DNA of 63,510 nt, filler included, from Olpidium bornovanus S191 (GCA_017911155.1; 30 parts of 30 records of this genome joined end to end with filler, not necessarily neighbours in it); one strand, 5' to 3'; counted from the first letter of the whole stretch, positions 22,809 to 34,532 are shown. Translations and numbers: made by a program. Notes: a model not told the origin generated them from the sequence alone.

Positions 22809-24202
22809 ATGCCGGAAGCCGTCGCCCGCCGCCCGACGCGCACGTCGTCCCTCAAAGGCGCGCAGCAGGGGACCGCTCAGGCGTCCTCCGCCGCACGAGA
22901 AGGAGACGCGTACGGTCCGCGATCCTCGGCCGCGCTGCTCGCCGGCGGCGGAGGAGGACGAGGAGGAGGACGAGGGTCGTTGGACTTGCCCGGCGCCCTT
23001 GTGGCTCGCGACAAGGAAAACCTCGTCCCCGCTTCTGCCCCCTCCGTCTCCCGGCTGTCCAACCCGCTGTACGACCGGTACGCCGACGACGGTGTTTTGT
23101 TGCCGTCCGGCGTCGCCGGATCCTATGCCCACCGGCCGCCGGAAAAGTCTCTTCCCGGCGGCGGCCGGCGCAACTTTGGGCCCGCTGACGTGGCACAGAA
23201 CGGCGGCTGGTTCTCCGCCACGCTTCTTGACGGCCAGTCGCGTAACCAGTGGTTTAGCACCGGCAGGGACCCCGGCGGCCGCGCCGGCGGCAAACGCCGC
23301 GGTTCCAACGCTTTGGCGGCGGGCTCTACCGCGTCGCCGTCCCCGTTTGCCTTGCCCGGCAGGTTCCACGATGCAGACGAAGAAGAGGTGTTCTTGGACG
23401 ACGACGACGGCAGCGGTTATCTAACGGCCGTCGGCGCCGAGGATCAAGACTACTACGGCGACAGCGACGTTCTCGAGCCCGAAGTTCACGCCGCCGTGGA
23501 AGGCACCTGCGTCGCCCTCCGATCGGGAGCGTGGTATCGATCGCCAAGAAATTTGAGCGTCAACTGGAAGGTCCTCAGCGGCCTGACGTTGGTGTCGGTG
23601 GTCGTGAGGCTTTTCAGAATTAGCCAGCCGACGTCGGTGGTGTGAGTCAATCCTGTTGGTTCGCTCCGTGGCTCTTGGTGTTCTGGCCTTCCGGCTGGTT
23701 CCTCTTGGTACCCCGTGACAATCTCGGCAGAAACTTTTTTGTTCTCAGGCGGCTCCGGTGCTCTGGTTCGTTTTTGCAGATTTGACGAGGTGCATTTCGG
23801 TGGCTTTGCCAGTAAATACATCAAGGGGCAATATTTTATGGACGTTCATCCCCCACTCGGCAAGCTTTTAATTGCGCTTTCGGGAATCCTTGCCGGCTTC
23901 GACGGCCAGTTTGACTTCAAAGAGATTGGAAAGTATGTTCCGGCGTTCTTCCTTTCCGACCGGCCAGACGTCCTGCCTTTCCACTGATGTTAACGAGACA
24001 AGCCCGAAATTCACTTGGCAAAAACTACATTTTCTGTTCCCAGGGACTACCTCGAGCCAAATGTGCCATACATAACGATGCGCATGATGCCGGCTGTGAT
24101 GGGCGGTGCGCTTGTGCCGACAGCGTACCTGACGGCTCGGCGATCGGGATGTTCCACTCAGGCGTCCGCATTTGCCGGCCTTGCTGTTTTGTTCGGTATG
24201 GA
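22809..24202 (+). CDS. PMT1: Dolichyl-phosphate-mannose:protein O-mannosyltransferase, PMT1-like, N-terminal part
   Basis: RLFRISQPTSVV|FDEVHFGGFASKYIKGQYFMDVHPPLGKLLIAL...FDFKEIG|DYLEPNVPYITMR. The GGFASKY form fits the PMT1/2 group, not PMT4. The exact paralogue is uncertain. Confidence 0.9.
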
Positions 24203-24302
24203 NNNNNNNNNNNNNNNNNNNNNNNNNNNNNNNNNNNNNNNNNNNNTTAATTAATTAANNNNNNNNNNNNNNNNNNNNNNNNNNNNNNNNNNNNNNNNNN
24301 NN

Positions 24303-25381
24303 CATGATGGGGTCGAGCTCCTTTAGTTGGTCGTAGAGCACGGCAATGTCGGCGTCCAAATCTATCGTCGGTCGCGTCGTTACGCTTCCTCCTCCAGAAT
24401 TGGTCGTCGCGGCCGCGGCGGAAAGCGCGGTGTCTTCTTTTTCGCCGTGTGAACCGGTTCTCTCCTCCGCGTACCGCAGCGCGTTGTTCCACAGCAGCAT
24501 TTGAACGTAGTAGTTGGTTCCGCCAACGAGGATAGGAATCTTTTTTCTGCCGTGAATTTCGCTTATCTGACGGTGCCGAAAAAGAGCAAAGAAAAAAAAA
24601 CGAAAAAGAAAAAGAAAAACGGAAAAAAAGAAAAAAAACAAAGGGAAAAAAGGATACCAAAAAAAGAAAAAAGAAAAAAAGACGAAGAAAAAGGGAGGAA
24701 AAGAAGATAAAGAATGAAAAAGAAAATAAAAAAGAAAAAAAAAAATCACGTAAGCGAGGGGAATCTGAACGTCAGCTCCTTGGTTACCAGTCCCAAACAG
24801 CGTCGTTCGTCAAAATTGCCAATAAACACTTCGCGCGGCAGGGCGCCGAAAGATTCACACCTTCGCGATGGCGTCTTTCTGAAACTCGTGCGCGTTGTAA
24901 TCGCGCGCGGGATTTTCACAGTCGAAGATGTGGTGCCGGACGCCTTGCCGTTCTTCAGCGGTCATTTTGTTCGTGATGCGGTTGAGGCCTTTGTACACCT
25001 GACGCAAACGAGGCGGGATGCAGGGGCGGGCGGGCGCGGGAGGTGGGGAGGGGAAGGGGGGCCCATCAGCGCGGAACGCGGACGGTAACAAAGTCAGAAC
25101 ATATCCGCGATGTCCCCTGGGGCGGGAAGGGAGGCAGCTCGGAGCTTCCTTCCCCCCCGCCTTCCCACCTGCAGCGCGTCGTTGTTAATTATCTCGGCAT
25201 CGAAATCGTCTGCCGGCGACGGCTGCGTGTCCTGCGGCGGCAGCGAAAAAGCCTCTGCGGCGGCTGTCTCGGCGACGGGCGGCGAGGAGATCCTGGCGCG
25301 CAGGGCCTTGGCGAGCTCCACTCCTAGCTGAGACTTGCCGACTCCCGTGGTGCCGATGACGGCCAGCAGCTTTTGCCGCAT
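24303..25381 (-). CDS. MOD5: tRNA dimethylallyltransferase (Mod5/TRIT1), N-terminal part
   Basis: MRQKLLAVIGTTGVGKSQLGVELA (P-loop); EIINNDALQ|VYKGLNRITNK...RHH; IPILVGGTNYYVQMLL; LYDQLKELDPIM. Confidence 0.94.
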
Positions 25382-26039
25382 TTCTTTATTTTTATTTTTA
25401 CTCTTTTGTTTCTCTCTCTCTCTCTCTCTCTCTCTGTATTGTTGCCGCAGAAATCCCGGCCGGGGATCCGCCGCGCGCTCGCGGGGACGGAGCAGCAGCC
25501 GAAGGTCGCACAAAAGCGGGGCGCGGGGCAGACCGGTCGGGCGGCGGAATCCGCGCGTCGGCGTTTTTGGCGGGCAGTGAGGGGTTCCGGAAGAGGACGG
25601 GGGAAGGCAATTCTTTCCGCTCGCACGCCCGCGTTTTCATAGGGCGGGAGAGGCAGCGAATGACGGCTGAGGGGCAGAAAAAATACAAAAATAAACAAAT
25701 AAACAAACAAACAAATAAATAAACAAAAAAAAAAAACAAAAAAACAAAAAAAAAAAAAAAAAAGACAGGGCCCGAGCGCATTTGCCGCACAAGCAACATT
25801 TTTTTTTTCCAAAAAAAAAAAAAAAAAAACCGGTAGGACGAGGGGACCCAGAGCAGGGCCGAGTGGCGTGAATTGTTTTAGCAAAAAGCGCGCTCGAAAA
25901 GGTAGGTTTAGCAATCTCCGACGCCAGCAAGAAATTTGGATTGTTACTTTTCCGTGTTGAAAAATCAATTGATCAAACCGCGCGGAAAAAAAAAAAAAAA
26001 AAAAAAAAACGGAGAAATTCTGTGCAGGACAACTCCATC

Positions 26040-26345
26040 GCCCTTGTCCCTGTTGGTACATATATTTCATTTTAGGTTCTGCTTCGTTCCTCGTCGTCGA
26101 AAGCGAAAAGCTTTGCCGAGCGGCCGAATTGTTTTGCGGAACAACGGGATTTCTTCATTTGTTAGTAGCCCGTTGCGTCTCAAGCGCAGACGCCCGAGCG
26201 CAGCTTTGGTAAACCGGTGCCCAATACCATTGAGCGTGCGTAAGCACGGTTCGTCCTGTGGTCGTTCAATGTGTTCGTGCGCGTCTGGGGCCAGTTTTTC
26301 CATATCCGGTTAGACCTTCCAAGCCACCTGGCTAAATAAGGCAGC
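26040..26345 (-). mobile_element. Degenerate gypsy-like pol fragment (spacer just upstream of RT)
   Basis: ALFSQVAWKV*PDMEKLAPDAHEHIE...EPCLRTLNGIGHRFTKAALGRLRL...LLTNEEIPLFRKTIRPLGKAF/AFDDEE resembles the recalled pre-RT pattern K.VAKKV.PV...IGH.FT...EE..F...HGKAFAF. Stop at 26310-26312; frameshift near 26106-26109. Confidence 0.62.
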
Positions 26346-26766
26346 ATTTGACCATTGCGCTTTGCGGACCCAGAATGCGTCAAAAAAAAATTTCCCCGAG
26401 AGCCGTGACCTCGCCCAGCGAACCGAGCCGGATCACACCCTCGTGCCGCCCTTCTCAAAGTCCCCACCTCCAGTCGTTCTTCCGGGCGTCTTCGTGAAAC
26501 ACTTCCCTCATATGCGCCCGCAAGGAGAAACCTCTGGAAAGGATCAGGTTTTGCAGCTTTTCGCAACCATGCNNNNNNNNNNNNNNNNNNNNNNNNNNNN
26601 NNNNNNNNNNNNNNNNTTAATTAATTAANNNNNNNNNNNNNNNNNNNNNNNNNNNNNNNNNNNNNNNNNNNNAACTAGAGGTATCGGCAAATCGCTCGCC
26701 CGCGTGCTAGCTTTCCCCCCCTCGGGCCCCCCCCCCCTTTTGATTTCGCAAAGGAGGACGGCTCAC

Positions 26767-27477
26767 TTGTCTTTTCTCCTAAGGTGGGTCATGCATCCGA
26801 TTATGTAGTCGTTGTAAGTCTTCCTTTGTTCAACCAGGTAAGACGCCTTTGCGTTCAAGCTCTCGATCGTCCGTTTTATCGACACCAGCTCCTGCTGCCG
26901 GCGCTGCCGTCGTCGGCTCTTCTCGCGGATGTCCTTGACGATGTCGTCGAGCATGTCCTGGTAGTTATTTTCTTTGGAAACCTTTCCCATCTCCTCGAGT
27001 TTCGCCATGTTCTCCAACACCAGTTTCTTCAGGTTTTCCAATGAAAGTCTGCAGGACAATTTGAGGACGCCCGAGGTCAGACTCGGTGCGCAAAACAAGC
27101 CGCGCGGGTGTGCGTCGTTCGACTCGCTTATCCCTCCCCCCCCCCCCCCACACACACACACACCGGCCCGGACAGCTTACCCGGATATATCCGCCACACT
27201 CGCAAGAGGTTTTGTTGGACTCGCGCCGGGCGACTCCTTTTCTTCTCCAGGACTTTCCGCTTCCGCGTTGCGCTCTCGCCTTAGCCTCTTCTCCGCTTCC
27301 AACTGCAGGAGCTTTTCATAAGCCGCCTGCTCTTTCCCGGTGACCGGTCGCTCAAGGACGTCCAAGAGGTTTTTGCCGGCTTGTACAGCGATCGCGTAGA
27401 GCACAAGCCTTTTCGTCTCCACAAAAAGATGCTTGCGCTCGATCTCGTTATCTGTTTTCCAAACGGTGCCAAAAAGG

Positions 27478-27513
<36 letters not shown>

Positions 27514-28284
27514 GCCCGTTACGTCGTTTTCCTTTTTTTTTATAATTATCGTTATTATTTTATTTCATTTTTTTTTCCGGAACGCGGTTTTGTTTGGACG
27601 ACGATCGAGCGCGGCGATATCTCGAACCTCACCGTCTATCTGCGTAAACCTGTTTGTGAGCGTCAGAGATATGGCGGCCCCGGCTTTGATGTCTTGATCG
27701 AAATCAACGTCTGGCGGGGAGCCGAGTTCTGAGACGAGGATTCTTATTGGATCGGCCGGGCTTGGCGCGAGCTCGTCGGCGAGTTTAGCAACTATCGCGT
27801 GCGTTCCGAGGACTTCTTGCGGGGATATGTAAATCACCGGCTTTTGCATCCGTGTCAATTCTCCGTATTCGTCTACCTGGAAGTGATCCTCGAGGCTCTC
27901 TACGTTTGTCACTGGGAGGCAAACGCGTCAAACAAAAGCGGGGAAGGGCAAAGAGAGGATGAGCTAAAAAAATTCATCTGATCTTACCCCCGCGATTTTT
28001 GATCGAAGAAAGGAGGGAGGGGGGGGAGGGGGTGGTGGAAGGCGAGTGACGGAGTGGGGAAGAAAGGGCGGTGTGTTTTCCGTCGGAACCGACCTTCTTT
28101 CAGGTACGTCGTAAAGCGCCTGTTCGACTCCTGCAAAAACTCGTTTAAAGGCCGAAGGTACTCGTTGTCGTCTTCGAACACTTTGCAGTTAACCACGTGA
28201 TTCAGGACCTTGGAAATCTCGCCCAGGTTTTTCCGCTGCCTCGGGTCGACTTGCAGTTCGACGACCCCGAAGGCTTCGGGCGCG
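26767..28284 (-). CDS. IQG1: IQGAP (Iqg1/Rng2), GRD end and RasGAP_C region
   Basis: APEAFGVV...RQRKNLGEISK; YLRPLNEFL; HFQVDEYGELTRMQKPVIYISPQEV...APSPADPIRILVSELG; LFVETKRLVLYAI; ENNYQDMLDDIVKDIREKSRRRQRRQQEL...YNDYI. Confidence 0.93.
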
Positions 28285-28321
28285 CTGTCGGGTTTTGGAT
28301 TGGAATCATTTGAACGGGATG

Positions 28322-28357
<36 letters not shown>

Positions 28358-29040
28358 AGGGGGGGGGCCCCCCCCCCCCCCCTTTCCCCCCCCCCCCCCC
28401 CGCACCCCTCCCCCCTTCTTCACCCTAATCGCCCGATCGCCGCCTCAGGGCTCTCTGCGCGTCGCCTCGTCCGATTTACCCCNNNNNNNNNNNNNNNNNN
28501 NNNNNNNNNNNNNNNNNNNNNNNNNNTTAATTAATTAANNNNNNNNNNNNNNNNNNNNNNNNNNNNNNNNNNNNNNNNNNNNCATGAATGGTGAAATGTT
28601 TAGCGGTTTTGATGCGCGTTTGACCACTGAAGGCCTCGACGCTTGAAAAATTGAGAACATCGGGCGTTTGCTGACAAAAGGGAGACCACTTGTTAATAGC
28701 AAAGGCGCAACTTGCCAGGTTCTAAGGCGATACTCACAGAGGATCCCGAGATTCGCGAGAAAGGAATCAGCGCTTTTAAATTTGCCGTGATGTGGAAGCA
28801 CCGGTGACGCGTCAAAGTGCAATCCGTAGTCGAGGAACTGTCGTGATATGCATATTAAAGATTTTGCAACCCCTCCGCTCAATGATGTACCAGTCGTTTA
28901 AGAGAATGTTTTGCGTTGACAAATCCCTCGATTATTGATAGGCTCTTCGATGCGTTCGTTAGAGACTCAATTGGGAATTTGAATGTCAGTGAAAGGAAAA
29001 ACAAGTCTTCAAGCGCGGTCGTGTGAAGTTAGTGACAGAG

Positions 29041-29140
29041 TTGGGTTGGCTTGCCTGTCTTGACTTGGCGTTGCCTGTCTTGCATTGTTGGGCGTTGCTT
29101 GCCTCGTCTTGTTTGGGCGTTGTTCGTCTTGTTTTATCTT
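29041..29140. repeat. Degenerate pentanucleotide (TTGNN-like) repeat
   Basis: ttgggttggcttgcctgtcttgacttggcgttgcctgtcttgcattgttgggcg... has roughly 5-bp periodicity. Confidence 0.6.
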
Positions 29141-31054
29141 GGTGGGCAGTGGAAAGGTATGGCGGGCGGAAATTTTGTTATCGTGAGGCAGGGCCGCGGT
29201 CAACGTCGAAAATTTCGTTGGGGGGAGAAGCTCAATACCCTCCTTTCATGCATTCAGCTGTACCGATGGCTGCACGCTCGAAGCCGCCCTTCCCCGTCAC
29301 ACGCGGAGATAATCTTATCGTAGCGCAAGCCAACACAGGACTTTTCTGCGTTTTGCCCCTGACGGGCAGTGTTCCATTTTGACACTACGGCGGCAGGAAA
29401 ACGGAGGAGAACCTTAGCGCGCGGGAAGAACGGGCTGATGCTTTCCCGACCCGGAAAACCCTCTTCGGCCCTCACACCCACCACAAAGGCCGCACCGCTG
29501 TCCTCCATACAAAAAGTCGTAAAGCCTCTCTGCTCACTTTTGCCTGTCGTCGGACTGCGCAGAGCTTGGCCTTTGGCCGAGCACACGTAGCTTCCAGCCT
29601 CGCGGGCTTTCTGGCCAGCGGACGCCAATTCCGGCTTCTTTCGATTAAGGTTGCGCTCCGGTTTCGAAGGGATAGGGTCACGTGCTCGGGGGTCACGATC
29701 GCGCTTCGGTCCACCCTACGTTCTCGGGCGGGGGAATCGCGGGTCGGTCGTTGGTCGCGGCTTCTCCACTTTCGCCTCACACTCCGCTTCGTTTTCCGTT
29801 CCTCGGACGGTCTGACGGTCAAACGATCGGTGTCCGTGTTATCTTCCCCTTCTCCCTCCCCCCCCAGCCAGCACCTCGCCGTTAGGGCTTCGACCCCACC
29901 AAGGTCTCTGCCGCGGCAGAGCTCCGTTTGCACGTCCGAGGGCAGCCGTGCTCGCCGGTCAAGAGACCAAGCTTCCCGGTTCAAGATCGAAGATCGCGGA
30001 ACTTACTTTTCGACTTTCCGGCCTCACCTTGCCTTCAGAGGCTCTGCCCCGGTAAGGGAAGGGTGGAAAGGGGAAGTTTTTCTTATCCTCCGCTGCCGCA
30101 AGCGGCCCTTCCGCCGGCGTCAATATCCCCTTTGCGAACGGCTCGCTTCTCCCCTCAGACGCGATCGCGATCGGGCTGTGCGTGCCCCCGGGTCGCCCTT
30201 TGTTTCCTTCGTGCGGCGGTGCGCCTGGCTGGCGGCGACGACGGGGCAGCGAGAGCCGGGAGTTGGTGGAGGGGGGTGGGGGGTGAGGGGGGAGGGTGAG
30301 GCGGGGGGGNNNNNNNNNNNNNNNNNNNNNNNNNNNNNNNNNNNNNNNNNNNNTTAATTAATTAANNNNNNNNNNNNNNNNNNNNNNNNNNNNNNNNNNN
30401 NNNNNNNNNAAAAAAAAAAAAAAAAGAAAAAAGAAAAAAGAAAAAAGAAAAAAAAGTACGAACGCCGCAACCACGCAAACAAAGCTGCATTTGACCATTG
30501 GTTAATCCACTCCGTTCAATTTTGGTCGTCTTCGAAGGGCCCGCAAGGAGTACAGTTGCTGCCTGAGCCGTCCGCAAGAATCTGAGGTTGAAAATGTTTG
30601 TTCTCGCTAACGTTCGCAGATAGGGATGGAGGTCCATGAGGTACCAAGTCAACCAAAAGTAGTCAGATTCACCGGTAATCTAGAGGTGTAAATCATTCAC
30701 CTTGCGATTTCATGCTGTGAAATTGCCGCAGAAATTTTACGTGCAAAACTAAGCTGCTCGTGCAGGATAAGCTCTTGGGCTTCGGAGATCACTTCCTTTT
30801 TGCGGGCGGATTCGAGTTTGGACAAGGCGAGGATCGGACCGACCATGCCGAGCCGCGGTTGGAGAAGGAGGGGGGAGTCACGTGTTTTGCAATTATGTAT
30901 GAAGATCTGGCTGGCGCCTGAATTGTGTGTTTTCCAGCACGCACGTGATCATTGTCCCCGCCCCGAAATCCCCCGTCCGACCAGAAACAACCGCCCCCCC
31001 CCCCTCCTCCCCCTCTCCCCAAAACGCCGTCTCCCGAATTTCGCGGCCGACACG

Positions 31055-32325
31055 ATGCCGTTGCTGGACGCGCTAAGCGCCGCGATCGGCGTGCCGGAGC
31101 CCAGCCTGCGCCTGCTGCTCTCGATCGTGGCCGGCCTGCCCGCCGCTCTGGCGTATAGGGTGCTCCTCGATGCCCCCAACGACCCCGAAGTGCGGAACCG
31201 TCGCGCGTGGCTGCCCGCCGCCAGGAACGCCTACCTGGTCGTGTTCGGCCTGGCCGTCTCGCTTTTTTACAGCGGGCCCGACATCGTCCACTCGCTCCTC
31301 TGCGTCTCCGGCACGTACCTGATCTGCGGCGTGGTCGGCGGCGCCTTCGGGGCGTACCGCCTAGCCGTCGCCCTTACCTGGGCGTTCAACATGACGTACC
31401 TGCTGGCAGGATATTATTTCACTGCGACCGAAGAGTACACCATCGACTGGACCATGCCGCACTGCGTGCTCTGCCTGCGGCTCCTTGGTTTTGCAATGGA
31501 CTACTACGACGGGCAACAGATCAAGGGCACTACCCCTCACGCGCACAAGCCCGGTGACCCCGACCGCAAAAACCCCGTCGAGCTCAACCGCCGAACGAAG
31601 TACCCCATCACCTTCGACGTTGACCCCCCGCTGCGTGCCCCCCCGCCGTTCCACGAGTTCCTGGGTTACTGCTATTTCTTTGGAGCCTTCCTCGTTGGCC
31701 CTCAGTTTAGTTTTTCCCTCTACAAAAAGTTCATCCACGGCCGGCACCTTCCGCGGGGTCCTGCATTCCCTTCCGGTCGATTTTGGTATACCCTGAACCG
31801 CATCGTTCTCGGGATCACCTATATTGCTGTCTCTCAGTTGGGGGGCATGTTCTTCAGCACGGCGTACCTCTCTACCAAGGCATACGCTGCCAGGCCGTTC
31901 CTGCAGAAGTTGGCAATCATGTGGATCACAGGGAAGCTGGCCCTGAACAAGTATCTCGGCGTGTGGATCTTGAACGAAGGTAACCGCCCTGGCGGACGCT
32001 GGATCCTGAACTACGAGAATTACGCGCAGTAAATTAGGAGCACGAGCTGACCCAAACTCCGCGCACGTTACGCCGTCGGACAACAGCTTCGTGCGCGCTC
32101 TCCGGCATATCATTTAGCGGCCTTGATAACAGCGGGCGTGGCCTGTGGGATGGGTGTTGCAATATCGACTGGGTGCGTGCTCGCGTGATAACTTTCGTCT
32201 GTTCGGACCTTCAGATGCCTCATTTGCTGATTCAATCAGTGATTCCAAAATTCAACTGTGGTTCTTGTAGGTTACATACGAGACGGCGACTTCGCTGAAT
32301 CAAGTCATATCGTCGTTTAACATGA
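31055..32325 (+). CDS. LPCAT3: MBOAT lysophospholipid acyltransferase, LPCAT3/MBOAT5-like, 3' end missing
   Basis: AIGVPEPSLRLLLSIVAGLP; YLLAGYYFTATEEYTIDWTMPHCVLCLRLLGFAMDYYDG; YFFGAFLVGPQFS; GKLALNKYLGVWILNEG|ASCALSGISFSG; YETATSLNQVISSFNM. Confidence 0.88.
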
Positions 32326-32425
32326 NNNNNNNNNNNNNNNNNNNNNNNNNNNNNNNNNNNNNNNNNNNNTTAATTAATTAANNNNNNNNNNNNNNNNNNN
32401 NNNNNNNNNNNNNNNNNNNNNNNNN

Positions 32426-32826
32426 CATGGCATTGAAGAAAGCTCTGGAGATCAACCCGAAAGCGGAGATCATCAAGGCACTTAAGTCGGGCATAGTCGC
32501 CGACAAGAACGACAAGACAGTCAAAGGTGGCTTTTTCGGAGGCTGCTGTTGCACTTATGATTTCCACCTGCTCAAAATTCGCCGGTTCTGTTTTCCCCGC
32601 CCGTCATATAGACCTCACGTGGCTCCTGTACGAGACAGCGCTGCTGGCGTCTAATTTCAGCCTTTAGAACCCGTCCGCGTTTGCGAACCGCATCAACCGA
32701 ATGGTCAAGCTCGGCCTCAATATTGGCGAGGAAGAGACGGCGGCTGAGACGCCTGGCGACGCGGAGATGCCGGCGCTCGAAGATACGACCGCGGAGTCGA
32801 AAATGGAGGAGGTCGAAAGTCGGATC
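32426..32826 (+). pseudogene. HSP90: Cytosolic Hsp90 C-terminus with an in-frame stop and an altered MEEVD end (pseudogene or assembly error)
   Basis: MALKKALEINPKAEIIKALK...DKNDKTVK | intron 32527-32611 | [35 protein letters not shown]...PALE...ESKMEEVE, then read-through. TAG at 32665-32667. Confidence 0.85.
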
Positions 32827-33549
32827 CCAACGGATCCCGGGAGGCAGCCCGTCCCGGGACATCATGGGGGGAGGGGGAGGGGGGGGCGCGATGCAGTCGT
32901 CAAAGAGCACACCTTCCGGGCGCACCCGAGCACGACGAGTTCTGCGGCCGGGGGCCGGGGCACGGTCCGCTTGGGGGGGCGCGCGGACCAATCGTGTCCA
33001 TCCCACGGTCGCGCAGAGCGCGTCGCCCTTCCGCTCTTCATTTTTCAGGCGGGCCCAATTTGTCTCTCTGGTAAGCCGGAGGGCATTAAAAAATTTTGTT
33101 TTTTTTTTTTTTTTTTTTTTTTTGTTGCAGCGGCGTGATCTCGCCAGCACGCGGCCGCCGCCTCCCCGCAGCGCGAGAGAGGGAGGGAGAGAGAAAGCGA
33201 ACCCCGAACGCGTTCCCCCCCCCCCCCCCCCCCCCCCCCCTTTCCCCCCCAAAAAAAAAAAAAAAAAAAAAAAAAAAAACAAAACCGCGCCGGCCCGGAA
33301 AATCCCGCGGGTGATTTCGGCCCCTGAGCCGGAAACTCCTTGAGCCGGAAACTCCTGAGCCGCGCGCCACACCCCCCCCCCTTCGAAGCTGCTCACGGCG
33401 CCGCGCGTTTTCTCGCCGTTTTCCAACTCTCTCCCCGACGACCCAGACCCGACGCGCGGCCGTCCCCTCCTGGCGAGTGGCGCGGGCTTGACCAGGGCCA
33501 CATTGTCCCCACACCCGGGAAGGCGCTTCGCGAACGCGAGGAAGTCGGC

Positions 33550-33852
33550 ATGAAAACCCTGCTCCGCGCCGCGCTCGCCGCGGCGTGCGCCGGCGCGCTC
33601 CTTGCCGGCAGCGCCTTCGAAGCCCAGGCCATCACCTGCGAAACCAGGGCGCCGGGACGCCAGGGGGCGTTCTACGCCGGTTTGTCGGCGTCCTTCGCTT
33701 ACGACAGCAAGTTCAGCAGGGGCCCGGCCGTTCCGGGCCTGGCCACCCACGTTCCGCAGGGGATAGCCGCCTGGCACAACTGGGACGGCGCCAGGGACCT
33801 GCTGCTCGTTACCGCCTACCGGGACGGCGCGGACGCGCACATCATCGGGATC
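33550..33852 (+). CDS. Secreted protein of unknown function, possibly bacterial-like (3' end missing)
   Basis: Signal peptide MKTLLRAALAAACAGALLAGSAFEAQA, then ...GPAVPGLATHVPQGIAAWHNWDGARDLLLVTAYRDGADAHIIGI. No intron in about 100 codons. Confidence 0.7.
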
Positions 33853-34057
33853 NNNNNNNNNNNNNNNNNNNNNNNNNNNNNNNNNNNNNNNNNNNNTTAA
33901 TTAATTAANNNNNNNNNNNNNNNNNNNNNNNNNNNNNNNNNNNNNNNNNNNNAGGGGATGAGGACAAAGATCGAAGGTCGCGGCGACGGCGGAGGGCGGC
34001 TTCTGCCTCAGCCGCGACGGAGAGCGCAAGAGAAGTAGCGGGAGCGAGAATGAGAGC

Positions 34058-34089
<32 letters not shown>

Positions 34090-34532
34090 TGCGAGGGCGG
34101 GGAAATGGGCTCCGCCCGGCCGAGAGCCGCCTGTGTTCTCGCTTTCGCTCGCCTGTGTTCTCGCTCTTTCGCTCGCCTCCCGCTGTTTCTCACATCATGC
34201 CGTCCGGTCTCTGGCGCCCCTCCCCCCGGCCCCCTTCCCCCCCGGCCCCCTTCCCCCCAACTCCCAAAAAGGAACCAAGGCGGTTTCTTTGGAAACGAAA
34301 CCTAAAGCAAAACTAGTCGACAAAATCGGACCGGATGAGACATAAAGAGACAACAGACAGAGAGAGAAAACGAGAGAGAGAGGGTAAAAGAGAGCGAGAG
34401 AGAAAGAAAGAGATAGAAAGAGAGAAAGAGCGAGATAAATGGCGACATTCCTGACTAAAGAGAGAGACAAGTACATCCGAGGCAAGATATGCGAAGCGCG
34501 GCGCTCAGCGCAAATGGCAGAGTGAACACGCT

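Noticed and set aside
28840-28925. Kinase-like words RDLSTQNILLND and nearby DYG on the minus strand
   Set aside because: They are in incompatible frames, with a stop just upstream and no other kinase subdomains. The contig may hold exons of an unknown gene, but I cannot call it.
32665-32667. Nuclear TAG reassignment (stop read as an amino acid) to explain the Hsp90 stop
   Set aside because: NUC1 (36387) and the nitrilase (44070) appear to end at TAG normally, and the Hsp90 copy has a second independent lesion.
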